From the NCBI GenBank assembly GCA_010093705.1, contig MU006089.1, forward strand, positions 1,056,455 to 1,120,454: a stretch of DNA of 64,000 nt, read 5' to 3'. Position 1 is the stretch's first letter. Each line of letters starts with the position of its first letter. Both the position numbers and the translations under genes were made by a program. Under the pieces are notes generated by a model that was given only the letters and a program-made list of their open reading frames with translations, made no database searches and had not been told where the DNA came from. This document shows, in pieces, positions 26,701-37,472 of this stretch. Origin of the DNA: Patellaria atrata CBS 101060. Taxonomy: Eukaryota.

Positions 26701-29700
26701 ATGACGATAAGCCATTAGTGAAGGATGAACGAAAGGAAACGCGTTACATGGCAGAGACGTCAGGAGGAGATTCTCACCAGGAAAATGGCACGGATGTCAT
26801 AATTCAATCTAAGCCCATAAAACACCGCTTTTGCAACGTGGCACTATGGTAAATTCAACGGGTCGTAGCGCTCATAGAACCAGTTCGCGGGACAGGGCTG
26901 AAGGCCGAGTGCTGAACAAATACCGTTGCATGACAGGTAGGTTAATTTTCTCGTAGCCGATAGAAGGCGGCCGTTATACCACAGGACCAATATCTTCCGT
27001 GCCTGCTCGCCCTATAATATTCAAGGACAGATTCCCGCAAGAAGCTCCTCTTACATCGCAGAGTAGACAAAAAGTCCAATCAATAAATAGTCGTCCAGTC
27101 ACGCGAGAGAATATATCATCTCCACGAGCGGTTACAGAAGGAGATGAGGACTTCTCGGTGAAGTTTCCAAAAGTGTATATCTCCTCTGACAATGCCTCAA
27201 GCATATGGGCCGCTCAAAACGCCCAAGACGGGAACGTGGAGACTCCTGCATCAAATTCGACTTTTCGAGAGGAGGTCCACGGAGCATACTCAGAGTAGCG
27301 GCAAGAGAACAGAAAGAGTAATAAAGACCGAAGTAATTAGGAGTCATTGAGAGTAGGATTAAAGTCCTGAGAAGCCATAAGCTGCAAGGACATGAACCGA
27401 CATAGGTCGTTGATCTAGTGATAGACTCCATCCAATCATCCTCATAGGATTGGATTGTTTGGAATTGGAGGAAACGAACCAGTAAAAGGGCAAGAATTGC
27501 GTTCATAGTAGTTCTTATTGAGCTACCCCTGTTATTTGCAGTCCATTGGTCCTAAGAACAGCTCGGCACATATATGTAAGGTCCGGCATTATTATTCAGG
27601 CAAAAGGAAAGGGGAAAAGAATCAAAAGACTGGTGTGAGCTCGTGTTCCTTCTGGTAAGAGGAGTGGATTGAGTGCCACGTTAGTGCGGTCCTAGAAGCA
27701 AAAAGCATCTGTACGCTATTACTTTTCTCAAACTCTCAGAAGTCAAGTGCACACCGGTCTTGCTTCTTACAGTGCGGCTCTTCAGATTCTTCCGCAGATC
27801 ATCAGTCGAAGATAACCTGTGTTTAGCAACGAACTCATTCCTTCTGGGAAATGTCGGCTTGGTGCTGCAGGACCTAAGCTAGACTGATATTTCTCCCGAG
27901 AGTTCAGATGTAACTTACATCACGCGACTCGAGAGCAATGATATGTCGATGGGCTGATACTTTTTCGAATAACTCCTACTTCTGCGACTCCAATAGCTCA
28001 GGACTCGGTAGCGGTCAATCCGGCCGACCAGAGAGTAATGATCAGCAAAGCGTCGAGTTATTTTTAAATTCAATCTGAGATGTTACAGAGAATTACAACG
28101 GTTCTGGAGCGTCTGAGGCGACAGAAGTATTAGGAACCGACCGTCCCACTCCGCTTTAGGAAAATACGTGGGGAGAATCCCGCTGTACTTCCCGAACTAT
28201 AGTTCAATTGGGAGAGGTTTTGAGCCTTAAGCGGATTCGAGGTTGACTAGTTGTACGGTTGAATAAGTTGGATAAGTGTTCAAGGGAGGGGGTGACGTTC
28301 AAAGTCAATTGGAAACTTCGCCACAGCTTGGCTCCCGAAGTACCGGGTTTAAAGATCAGCACTGTTAAGCCATCATGGGATTTCGCCTTGTCGATCATCT
28401 TTGAAAAACTATTTTTGACCCAAAGATTTTCGGATTTCCTCTTCTTTTTGGCAACAACAAATGGCTAGGGGATGCATCTGGTCCAATATTCGGTAATTCC
28501 CTTGCTCTCCGTCAATTTCGCATTCGGAATCGCGTCGTCACTGCGCTTAGTTCTAGCTTTGTCAGAAACTCCAATTGTATTGTTGCGAAAATGCCATGAA
28601 CCGAAATTGGAGAAAAGCAGGATCAGGTACTCGGTAGGCATGAGAAAGTCTCATGTTTTTATTTTCTTTCTTTTTCCAATTGAGCTTCGAAAATTCTCCG
28701 GTTTTACATTATCATTTGCTACTTTTCAAGTCTCGGCAAGTCAATTTTGATGATAGATCTACTATCTGCCGTCCAATTGTCTTTGATTTATCCATGGTAT
28801 GCTGTGTTTTAGGAATTTTGAAGTCATGCAATGATGCAAGATCCGTCAATAACCTAATAATGTCTGGGACTAGTCGTGGCTAGTATTTTCCCTGGGAATC
28901 CACCTCAGGGATGCTGAGGCGTCAGATTCTGAGTAAAGGACCGGATCCTGCTGTGTGCACGTAAGTAGTCCTGGCTGGGTATAAGCCTGTGGCGTTAGCG
29001 AACTTATCGCTTGCGTTTCCGACCAGATTTTGTGCTTTTCCCAGTCCCCTACATCCGCATCCTGCATCATCATACACTCATACAATTATCACTCATCTCA
29101 ACAATATCGACCGATCGCAGGGGAGGAGCTGTGACCGTTCGGCCAGTTCCGTCTTCATTGCCTTCTTTCCTCCCAACTTACCAGGACGAGGGGTGCTGGA
29201 GGCTGGAAGCTCTCAGTTCTCCATCATGCCGGCCCAATAATGCTCAAGTTGGCTTTGTGGCATACTTACGTGCCGTAACTCTGCGGCCTACACAGATGCA
29301 GCAATGTCTTCGGCAGCTTCTCATTGGCCCTGAAGCTCCAGATTGCCCTGTCATACGTGCTTTAAGCATTTAGCGGAAGGCACTCCGCCCTGTCATCAAG
29401 AGCTCTAACCAATCACTCCGTTGATGTTCAGTATCACTTTTAAGTTATGGAGATCTTAAAGTACCTTTTGTGCCTTTCCCCTGCGCTAACCTGTCTCGAA
29501 AGGGTTGAAACTCTTGTAGGTATTACTTCATGACTGCTGGGCTAATGCAGAGTTTCTTGTCTCCAGACATACAGTTAGATTGAACCTCTCAATAGGTGAT
29601 CTCAGTCCCTGCATATCAATTTCTACGAATGATTCTCCAGATCATTTACTTCACTTTTGCAGGGAGCACGATTTCGAAGAAGAGCCGGTATATATTGATC

Positions 29701-30824
29701 CACGTGCTAACCCTACCCTGTTCATTCTCAACTTCAATCTGCCTAAGGAACCTAAGGAAGTTTCGAAGCGATAGGACTCGACGGTGCGTCCCTAACGTTA
29801 TCACGTAGACGTGGTAGGCTTTTTGATCGACAGAAAACTGGACAGGGTATGGTCGCGTCTCCGGCGGGAGTCTCGAACGGTCAACGGAGCACTCGCCACA
29901 GCACGAGCCCCTTAGGGTTCCAAAGCCTACTCTCAAACGGTTTTTAAGCTTGATATCGAATTTATTTTAAGAAAGACTCTCAAGAAGCTACGACATTATC
30001 GTTCTCTTTTTTTTTTTATCCCTATTGTTCGGCTGTCTGCATGCAACACTTTGACAATCACATTGCCACCTCCATACTTCTTTCCCCAATCCGCTACCTT
30101 CCGACCATTTCTCCTTGAGAACCCTGGCTGTGTTTGGACTACGGCTTCGGGCCGCCTCTATCTGTCTAACCAATCACTTAACCAAGCTCCTCTAAAGCAA
30201 GAGGCAACTGAGGCAGAGAATATTGTTCATCCCACTACGGATATTACACTTGGTAAGCTATCAGTTTTACCCCTTAAGCCTTAACAACGTCGTGAGCTGT
30301 AATATCCGCCTCTTTCGCTTCAGTCTGCTCGGCAGCCTAACTATTCCGATCAATTTCGCCATTCACCTATCACCTATCATCACTCAAAGAAGCGTTGGAA
30401 TTGTCCCTTTCCCCCATACACTACCCACGCACGTCTGATCACCATCGATCCGCTTCAAGCGACTGTTTCTCCGGGGTGTGGCATCCTTCCAAACGGGCGA
30501 TCCCTTCGTTTTAGGCGGTTACTATCCTAAGCTTCTTTTTGACTTCTAATTCTTCTATCCATCTATCACTCTGATTGGTGACCTCGAACAGTTTTCTCGA
30601 ATAACCTTCTTTTTAAATTCGGGTCTTAACCTTCCCGTCTTTGCCACAGGAGGGAGTCCCTACTCACCTTGATATAGAATTTCAAGGTACCATTTCATAA
30701 GTCTGATCAAGGGTATTGTCTTCTCCATGTTCTTATATCGAATCTTTGGCGTGTATCATGGACTAACATGGCTTTCGTCTGGGTGCAGCAGTGGGTAGCG
30801 TTACCGGTAATAGTTGAAGAACAA

Positions 30825-33022
30825 ATGGGGGATGCACCCAAAGATGTTGGCTTTCAGCCGGGTGAACCTCTTAAGCCCTCCCTCACACAGGACGAAAATT
30901 ATTCCATAATCAAGCCGGGGACACTCAACCCTCTGAGTCCACCATCCACCGAAGTTAGACCACCTGTTAACAACACACAATTCTACCCACAATACGGTTA
31001 CTCGACAAATCTCCAGGTCGGACCCGAAGCCTCACGGTTTCAAAGTCAATCAAGTCAAATGTCTTATAATCCTCCTTCGAGTCAAGACCAAGGCTCATCC
31101 TCATTCAACCTAGGCGCAATCTCTGGCGCTTTGCCCGACTACTCATCCACTTCTCAAAATCAGAACCTTCATTCACATCCTCAACAGCAATTTCAACGGA
31201 GCGTATCCGGTGCATCCACATCTGCACTTGCCTACCAGCTTGGACAGAATCTCCAGTACCAAAATCAAACCAATCCGAATTACACAAACCAACCTCAATT
31301 CAACCCGGGATATCTTCAAGGACAGTACGCTCCGAACTATGTCTCTGCACAGGGAAACCCAATGGTTCAACACGGACAGTATGCTTATAATCCAAATCAA
31401 ACAAGGTCCACTGTTCCTAGCCCCCTTCAACAGACGTTACCAGGGTTCCAACAGCAGAATCAACAGTACCTGCTCTATCCGTCACCGTACGGAGGACAGC
31501 CACAAGCATTGCATGGGATTGGAAACCCTCAAATAATGCAGCAAGGCCCATATGGTAGGCGATCAAGCTTTCATGGTATCATCTCTCCGCAAATGCATGA
31601 TCCTAGCGGTCTCAGTGCTGGCAGCGCATTTACTTCAGCAAACCGTATGGTTCCGGGTCTCGGAGTAGCTAGTGAAGGTATTTCAGGCGGGAATTTCATG
31701 AGTCCCGGTGGTATTCAAGGTCAGTGACCAGCCGTACGATAGACAGAATGCTACTCATTTAAATGACCCGTATTAACAAATGCGTAGTAATCAAAAGACA
31801 AAGCTCCGACACGACGCTAAATACAATGCCACGAGGACCACCTCGGAAACCCAAACAATCAGGGCATGCTCTCTGGGTTGGTAACTTGCCACCTGGGACC
31901 ACAGTTACAGACCTCAAGGATCACTTCTCTCGGGACGCTACCCGGCACATTGAGAGTCTGTTCCTAATTTCGAAGAGCAACTGTGCTTTTGTCAATTATC
32001 GGACAGAGGAGTCCTGCACAGCAGCTATGCATAGGTTCCATGACTCAAGGTTCAATGGTGTTCGGCTTGTTTGCCGTCTCCGGAGAAGTTCAGCTCCTTC
32101 ATCAGGAGTTCCTACTGGCCCTTCATCTATGGCAGGCCCACGAGCCCCCAGTACCTCGCCTCAACGTTCGCCCAAACTCCAAGACGGTGAAGAGCAGCCA
32201 GTCCAAAAGAGCGAAGAACCCGCTCTCGTTGACAGGGTCAAATCACCACCTGGAGCGAAGGTGCCTGAGAAATTTTTTGTGGTCAAGAGCTTAACGCTTC
32301 AAGACCTGGAATTGAGTGTAAGGAATGGCATTTGGGCAACACAATCACACAACGAGGATACTCTGAATAAAGCTTTCGAGGTAATGCTCTCTCATTAACT
32401 GAATCTTTCTATTGCTAACGGCTCTTAGTCCGCCGAAAATGTGTATCTCATCTTCTCAGCTAATAAATCTGGGGAATACTTTGGGTATGCGCGTATGGCA
32501 TCCGCAATTGGCGAAGACTCCTCCGAAGTGATCACTTCCATTCCACGGACAGACGTTGTGGATACCTTGGATGCTCCAAAATCCATACCAACTCCTGCCA
32601 CTGAGCATGCTCCTAAAGGTCGTATAATCGACGATTCTGCCCGTGGTACTATCTTTTGGGAAGCTGACCTGACCGACGACGAGAATGATATGGCTCAAGG
32701 AGGCGTAGATGGCAATCAGACTGGAGCAGAGACTGAGAATTCCTCAACTACACAAACATGGGGGAAGCCATTCAAAGTTCAATGGATATCAACGAACAGA
32801 CTTCCATTCTATCGCACAAGGGGTCTTAGGAATCCATGGAATGCGAACAGAGAAGTCAAGATCGCCAGAGACGGGACTGAGCTAGAGACTTCTGTGGGAA
32901 AGCGGCTCATACAAATGTTCTATCGACTTGGCCCGCCCAATGCAGCTGCTCCTCCAGGAATGCCTATGTTGCCGGTACAAGGGCCGGTTGTAGGCACTCA
33001 AGGGAACATGCGTCCTTACTGA
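30825..33022 (+). CDS. RRM + YTH (YT521-B-like) RNA-binding protein with a Q/N/P/Y-rich N-terminus. Exons ~30825-31719, 31788-32380, 32429-33022
   Basis: RRM (ALWVGNLPP...SNCAFVNY) and YTH domain (FFVVKSLT...GIWATQSHNE, VYLIFSANKSGEYFGYARM, NPWNANREVKIARDGTELE). The ATG at 30825 is chosen because 30768 lies in an apparent intron (GACTAAC...TGCAG at 30788). Confidence 0.9.
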
Positions 33023-33900
33023 GGGAAACGTTTTCCCCTGGTTGAAAACCTTTCACAACGGTTGCTCCAAGCGTATAGAAGCCGTCCTTCATGACCTACC
33101 TACTTTTCTTCATATATTTGCATGTGTAATACCCACAACTTCAGTATTTGTGGTTAACTTTTGGCCTGCCGGTCAGGATAGTAATTACTTTTGTATTACA
33201 TTCAACCACGACGAAGCAACGATTTTATGTACTTATGTAATGTACAGTACTGACGTACGACTGGGGAGATAAGAACGATGGTGGGTCTACTGTCTAGTGC
33301 ATCTTACATTCCCATCCATCCATCTCCTATCTTATTTCTTGTTCTCCTTATCTGTCATTGGCATTGTTGGAGTATTAGAGAATCGAATTTACCTTTTGAC
33401 TTAATCCTCAGTGTGGACTCACATAATCATCCTTCTTGAATTTGATAGATTTCAAAGAAAAGAAAGATCTACCAAGAAAGTCGTTATATCAGGCCACGTT
33501 TGCATGGCGTTTCCCGTTCCTTGTTTTGCGTCGAGTTGCTCAAGTGCATATTCGGGTTTCATTGGCGCAATGGTATATCCGTAGGGCGCCATATTAAACG
33601 TAACGGGGTCTTATTCTGCACAATCCCCTGCGTTCTGCATCGTGCCTTTGATAGCCCGTTGAGCGAGTCTGTTGGGGCCCGGAGTCAAGGACCTGGACGA
33701 ATTGGGGAGATCATGCCCCTGACACTTCCTCTCAACTAGCTGCTCGAGCTTACTGTACTTGTATCATCCCGCTCTCTCTTCATCATCATCAACACGTGTG
33801 TTAGATGTCATTCATGACACCGACTCCACGGACTGTTGGCGGTAAATCAAGTTATAGCCTGTACAAGTACCTAATCAGGACACATAGTCATCGGAGCTAA

Positions 33901-34730
33901 CGCCCCCGTGGCGTAGTCCCTTTCCAGATGTGGCACCGCTTCCACGATGTCGTGGGCGTCAGCACCTAGCATCTCACTTCACGAACGCCCAAGGGGCCTC
34001 TGTTTGCTTCCCTGGTACCCAAGTGTGCCTAACTACTCCAACGTTTATCTCGTGGGTGCGTGTCCCCGTCAGACTACGGAAGCGCGAAAAGAGCCCGCGG
34101 AAACGGTACTACGCGCTCCGCAGAATACTCATTATCGTGGGGGCGCAATGGAGCCAGAAGAAAAAAAAAAAAAAAAAGTGTGGTGTCACGGGGTGTTGTG
34201 TGCCCCCTAACCCCCCACCCCCCCCCCCCCCCCCCCCTTCCATTTCTTTCGGGGGAGCCGCTACGTCACACCCGACAACGGCGTCGCCGTAAATAAAAAT
34301 AGAAGCAATCCCCAAGGAATCCAAACCCCCGATCCCTCACCCACCTCGTCATCTCCCCAAAATAACTTACGTTTCCTCCCCCGTCGTTGCTCGAAGTCTC
34401 AAATTTGAACGATTCTCCGCCGATCCCGCCTTCTAGAACCATATTCCCGCTAGCTACATAAGGATGGGAGGGATCCCGCGCTTGGCGGTGTCCGCGTCGG
34501 TAGGTTTGCGGTTGTGGCTCGTGCGCGGGACGTCCTGGGGGGAGGGGGCTGGAACGAAGGATCGGCAGAACGCCACAGGGGAATTGCCGTTTTAGGGATT
34601 TAGGATCGGCGGGTGAAGACTGGCGAGGGTGGCTGTGCTGGTTGAATTGGGATCCGATAGGTGCGGTTTCGGGATGTTATATGGGGTTGTGTAAGGTACC
34701 GGGGCATGGAGTCTCGGTACGTTGCCGAGT
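33901..34730. ncRNA. Candidate structured non-coding RNA of unknown identity
   Basis: No credible ORF. Many nested complementary segments, e.g. CCGCCGATCC 34417-34426 with GGATCGGCGG 34603-34612, TCCCGCGC 34474-34481 with GCGCGGGA 34523-34530, and CGCCCCC 33901-33907 with GGGGGCG 34139-34145. Confidence 0.35.
34161..34237. repeat. Adjacent homopolymer tracts: A17 (34161-34177) and a C-rich tract including C20 (34218-34237)
   Basis: Directly visible in the sequence. Confidence 0.95.
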
Positions 34731-34944
34731 TTCTCGATCTGTAATTGTGTTGATCTTGAGTGTTGAAAAACTATTTTGAGGCATTGACTATTTCTAGGAG
34801 TCCTTATACTATTGCTACAGTCTGAATGACTGGGTATCCTATGAACATGCCTCTTGAGATCGGATTACAATAGCATGTTTGGCCTCTCTCCAGTCCGTTG
34901 AGAATGCCGGAGGACAGAGTTACATTTTACGTAGATAGAACATC

Positions 34945-35671
34945 CTACTCCTTCTCTAGGTGGCGGAGCCTACGCTTCACCACATTTTGAAGCATTTGTG
35001 TTCGTGAGGCGTGCGCTCGTTCTAGCCGCTGAACGCAAGCTGCCATCTTCTGCTCAATAGCCTGCTTTCTCTGGAGCAATTGAATAAGGTGATCAAGTTG
35101 TGCTTTGTGGATCCTAACACTGATGGGATGTAGGTGTTAGTGATCTTCTTTGATGGATATGTTCGATGTTGATATCTATCTGGCACAAAGCCCATACGTG
35201 CAAAACTTACACACGCTTTCGGTGAGTGTCAAAGGTCGTCGTAATCTTTCCTTCCAGAGCATCAAACCGAGCAGCGTAGCTTTCTTCAAATTTCTTGCGT
35301 CGTTCTTGACGACGAGTTCGAGACTAGTTCAATGGATGTTAGGAATGAAAGGAATAGAAAGGCTCTATAGAGCAGGCGCGGTTCACGGAATGATAGATGA
35401 TGTAAATCAATCCGCCTGAAAAGGAAAATTGGAAGACGAATGAAATAACGAGGTGACTGTATTTTATGCTCGTATGTTCGCAACGTACAGATTGTAGAAC
35501 CCGCTTGAGCATCTCCCCGACGTCTACAGCATCCAGCTCTTGCGAGTCAGGTTGAACTCCATCTTCTTCCGCCTCATCAACCGGGCTAGAGACATTATTC
35601 CCGCCTTGATGTTTGAAATTGTGCGGGTCGTCACCAATAGCTAATGTCTTTACTTTTGCTGGACGCGCCAT
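34945..35671 (-). CDS. 156-aa coiled-coil protein, putative SYCP3/Cor1-like meiotic axis protein. Exons 35671-35489, 35323-35211, 35119-34945
   Basis: Introns GTACGT..CCTAAC..TAG and GTAAGT..ACTAAC..CAG join three exons in frame: ...DVGEMLKRVLQS|SRTRRQERRKKFEESYAARFDALEGKITTTFDTHRKRV|VRIHKAQLDHLIQLLQRKQAIEQKMAACVQRLERAHASRTQMLQNVVKRRLRHLEKE*. The gene model is well supported; the family call is a by-eye alignment. Confidence 0.7.
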
Positions 35672-35891
35672 CGCTGTACAGTATAGTCAATGACGAGGTC
35701 GAAGTTACACCTTCAATACTTTCTCTTGATTCTACTCTTCTTGTGAGAACGTCGAGGACTCAAGTTTATCAGCAATAAAGTTAACAATTTTGCCGAACAT
35801 ATTCCGAGAGCGCCAAGATTTCTTATGCACGACGACACGAAAAATCGCAAAACGAAGTTCGGCCGCTCCGCTCTAATACTACGATAACACC

Positions 35892-37039
35892 ATGGGTCTT
35901 GCAGGCCCCAAAAAGTGAGGATGATGACTATATCTGCGAGGAAACGTGCTAATATCTCTGTAGTCGCTCAAAGCTCTCCCATGACCCAAACAATACCACT
36001 TGGAGCCGCTCCACAGCCCGCTTTGGACACAAAATATTAACTCGTCACGGATGGACACCCGGTGATTACCTTGGAGCCAAGGATGCGAACCACTCAAGCC
36101 ATTATACTGCGGCGAATGCTTCTCATATACGAGTTGTACTAAGAGATGATAATCTCGGCATTGGAGCGAAGCGGGGGAGGGAGACTGCGGACAATTTTGG
36201 ACTAAACCAATTTCAGGGCCTCCTTGGTCGTTTGAATGGCAAAAGCGATGCTGAGTTGAAGAAGGAAGAAGGTACCAGGCGGGACAAAGAGCTAGCGCTA
36301 TATCAAGGCCAGAGATGGGGATTCACGAATTTTGTCAGCGGTGGATTCCTTGTGGGCGACAAGATTGAGAGGATTTCTAAACGAGAATTTCTAGAGGTTA
36401 CTCCGAAGGCTCAGGTTCAAACTGAATCCGGGGCAGTAGATACGTCGACTATATCCAAGAAACGGAAGCGACCCTCAGTTGAAGATTCTAAGGATTCTGT
36501 CAAAATGGAGAAACTGGAAGAAGGTGGCCTTGAGTTGTCAATCGACGAGCGTGGCCAAATCGTTGGAAGCACAGATTCCGATACTGTCCCAGCTCAGTTA
36601 TCCGGGTATACCTTAGATGAGAAGGCTGAAAAAAAGAAACGCAAGCTAGAGAAGCGCGCTAGGAAAGAAGAGAAACGCCGGAGAAAGGAAGAGAAGAAAA
36701 GACGGAAAGCGAAGGCTGAGAAGAGCTCTTCGGATAGTTCAGAGGTTCGAAGTAGAAAAGGAAAGAAGAACAAACAACAAGAAGAGCGGACAGAGGAGAA
36801 AGGGGTGTCCAACACCGCAAGTGATATCTCTGCAGTAACCCAACGAACTGCCACTTCACAACAATCACTCACACTTAACTTCTCAAATGGTCGGCAAGTA
36901 GTGAGGCAGAGATATATACAGCAGAAGAGAATGGCGTCTATAGATCCAAAGGCTTTGAAAGAGGTAAGCGGAAGGTCTTACAATACTTGCTCAGCCTCAT
37001 ATACTAACATATCTTTAGATCTTCATGATTAAAGCATAA
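35892..37039 (+). CDS. PXR1: G-patch nucleolar protein Pxr1/Gno1 (PinX1 homologue). Exons 35892-35914, 35964-36963, 37019-37039
   Basis: MGLAGPKNRSKLSHDPNNTTWSRSTARFGHKILTRHGWTPGDYLGA...DDNLGIGAK G-patch, KKE-rich tract and C-terminal ALKEIFMIKA. Confidence 0.92.
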
Positions 37040-37472
37040 TATACGACTTTCACGCATTACCTAGTAGCTAGTGATACCCAATGAAATCTTGAAGAACATG
37101 CATATCAAAGAGAAATGAGAGAAGACCCGTCTAGGTATTATCTCACCTGGAGTTGATAGCCAGTATTAAATGTAACGTGCCGCAGCGTTCATTACAAGAG
37201 CCACACTATTGATTTCCGTGTCTGCATGTATTACCATCATTATTATGTTCTCAGTCATTGGCACACAGGCTAGAAGGTTGTCGGGTTTATAGACCTGGGC
37301 TTAACCCCGCGCTTAAGTCCAGCAGCCTACTCTTATCGCTTATCGCGTCTCCCTAGTACTAGCAAGGTTTAAACTTGCCCCAGCTTACACCCCTCCGCAA
37401 CCTTTAACTCTGCCTAAACCTACACACGAGTTCCACCAGCATTGAGGTGATTCTAACCCGCCTCCCTTCTTC

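Noticed and set aside
34144..34157. CAATGGAGC, resembling RNase MRP CR-V
   Set aside because: It is not followed by TTA, and there is no upstream GAAAGTC(T/C)CC CR-I partner.
33930..34324. ORFs with poly-Lys/Pro/Gly/Phe runs
   Set aside because: These are artefacts of translating the A17 and C20 homopolymers.
34591..34605. TTTAGGGATTTAGGA as an interstitial telomere or template
   Set aside because: Under two imperfect units, and not the TTAGGG register.
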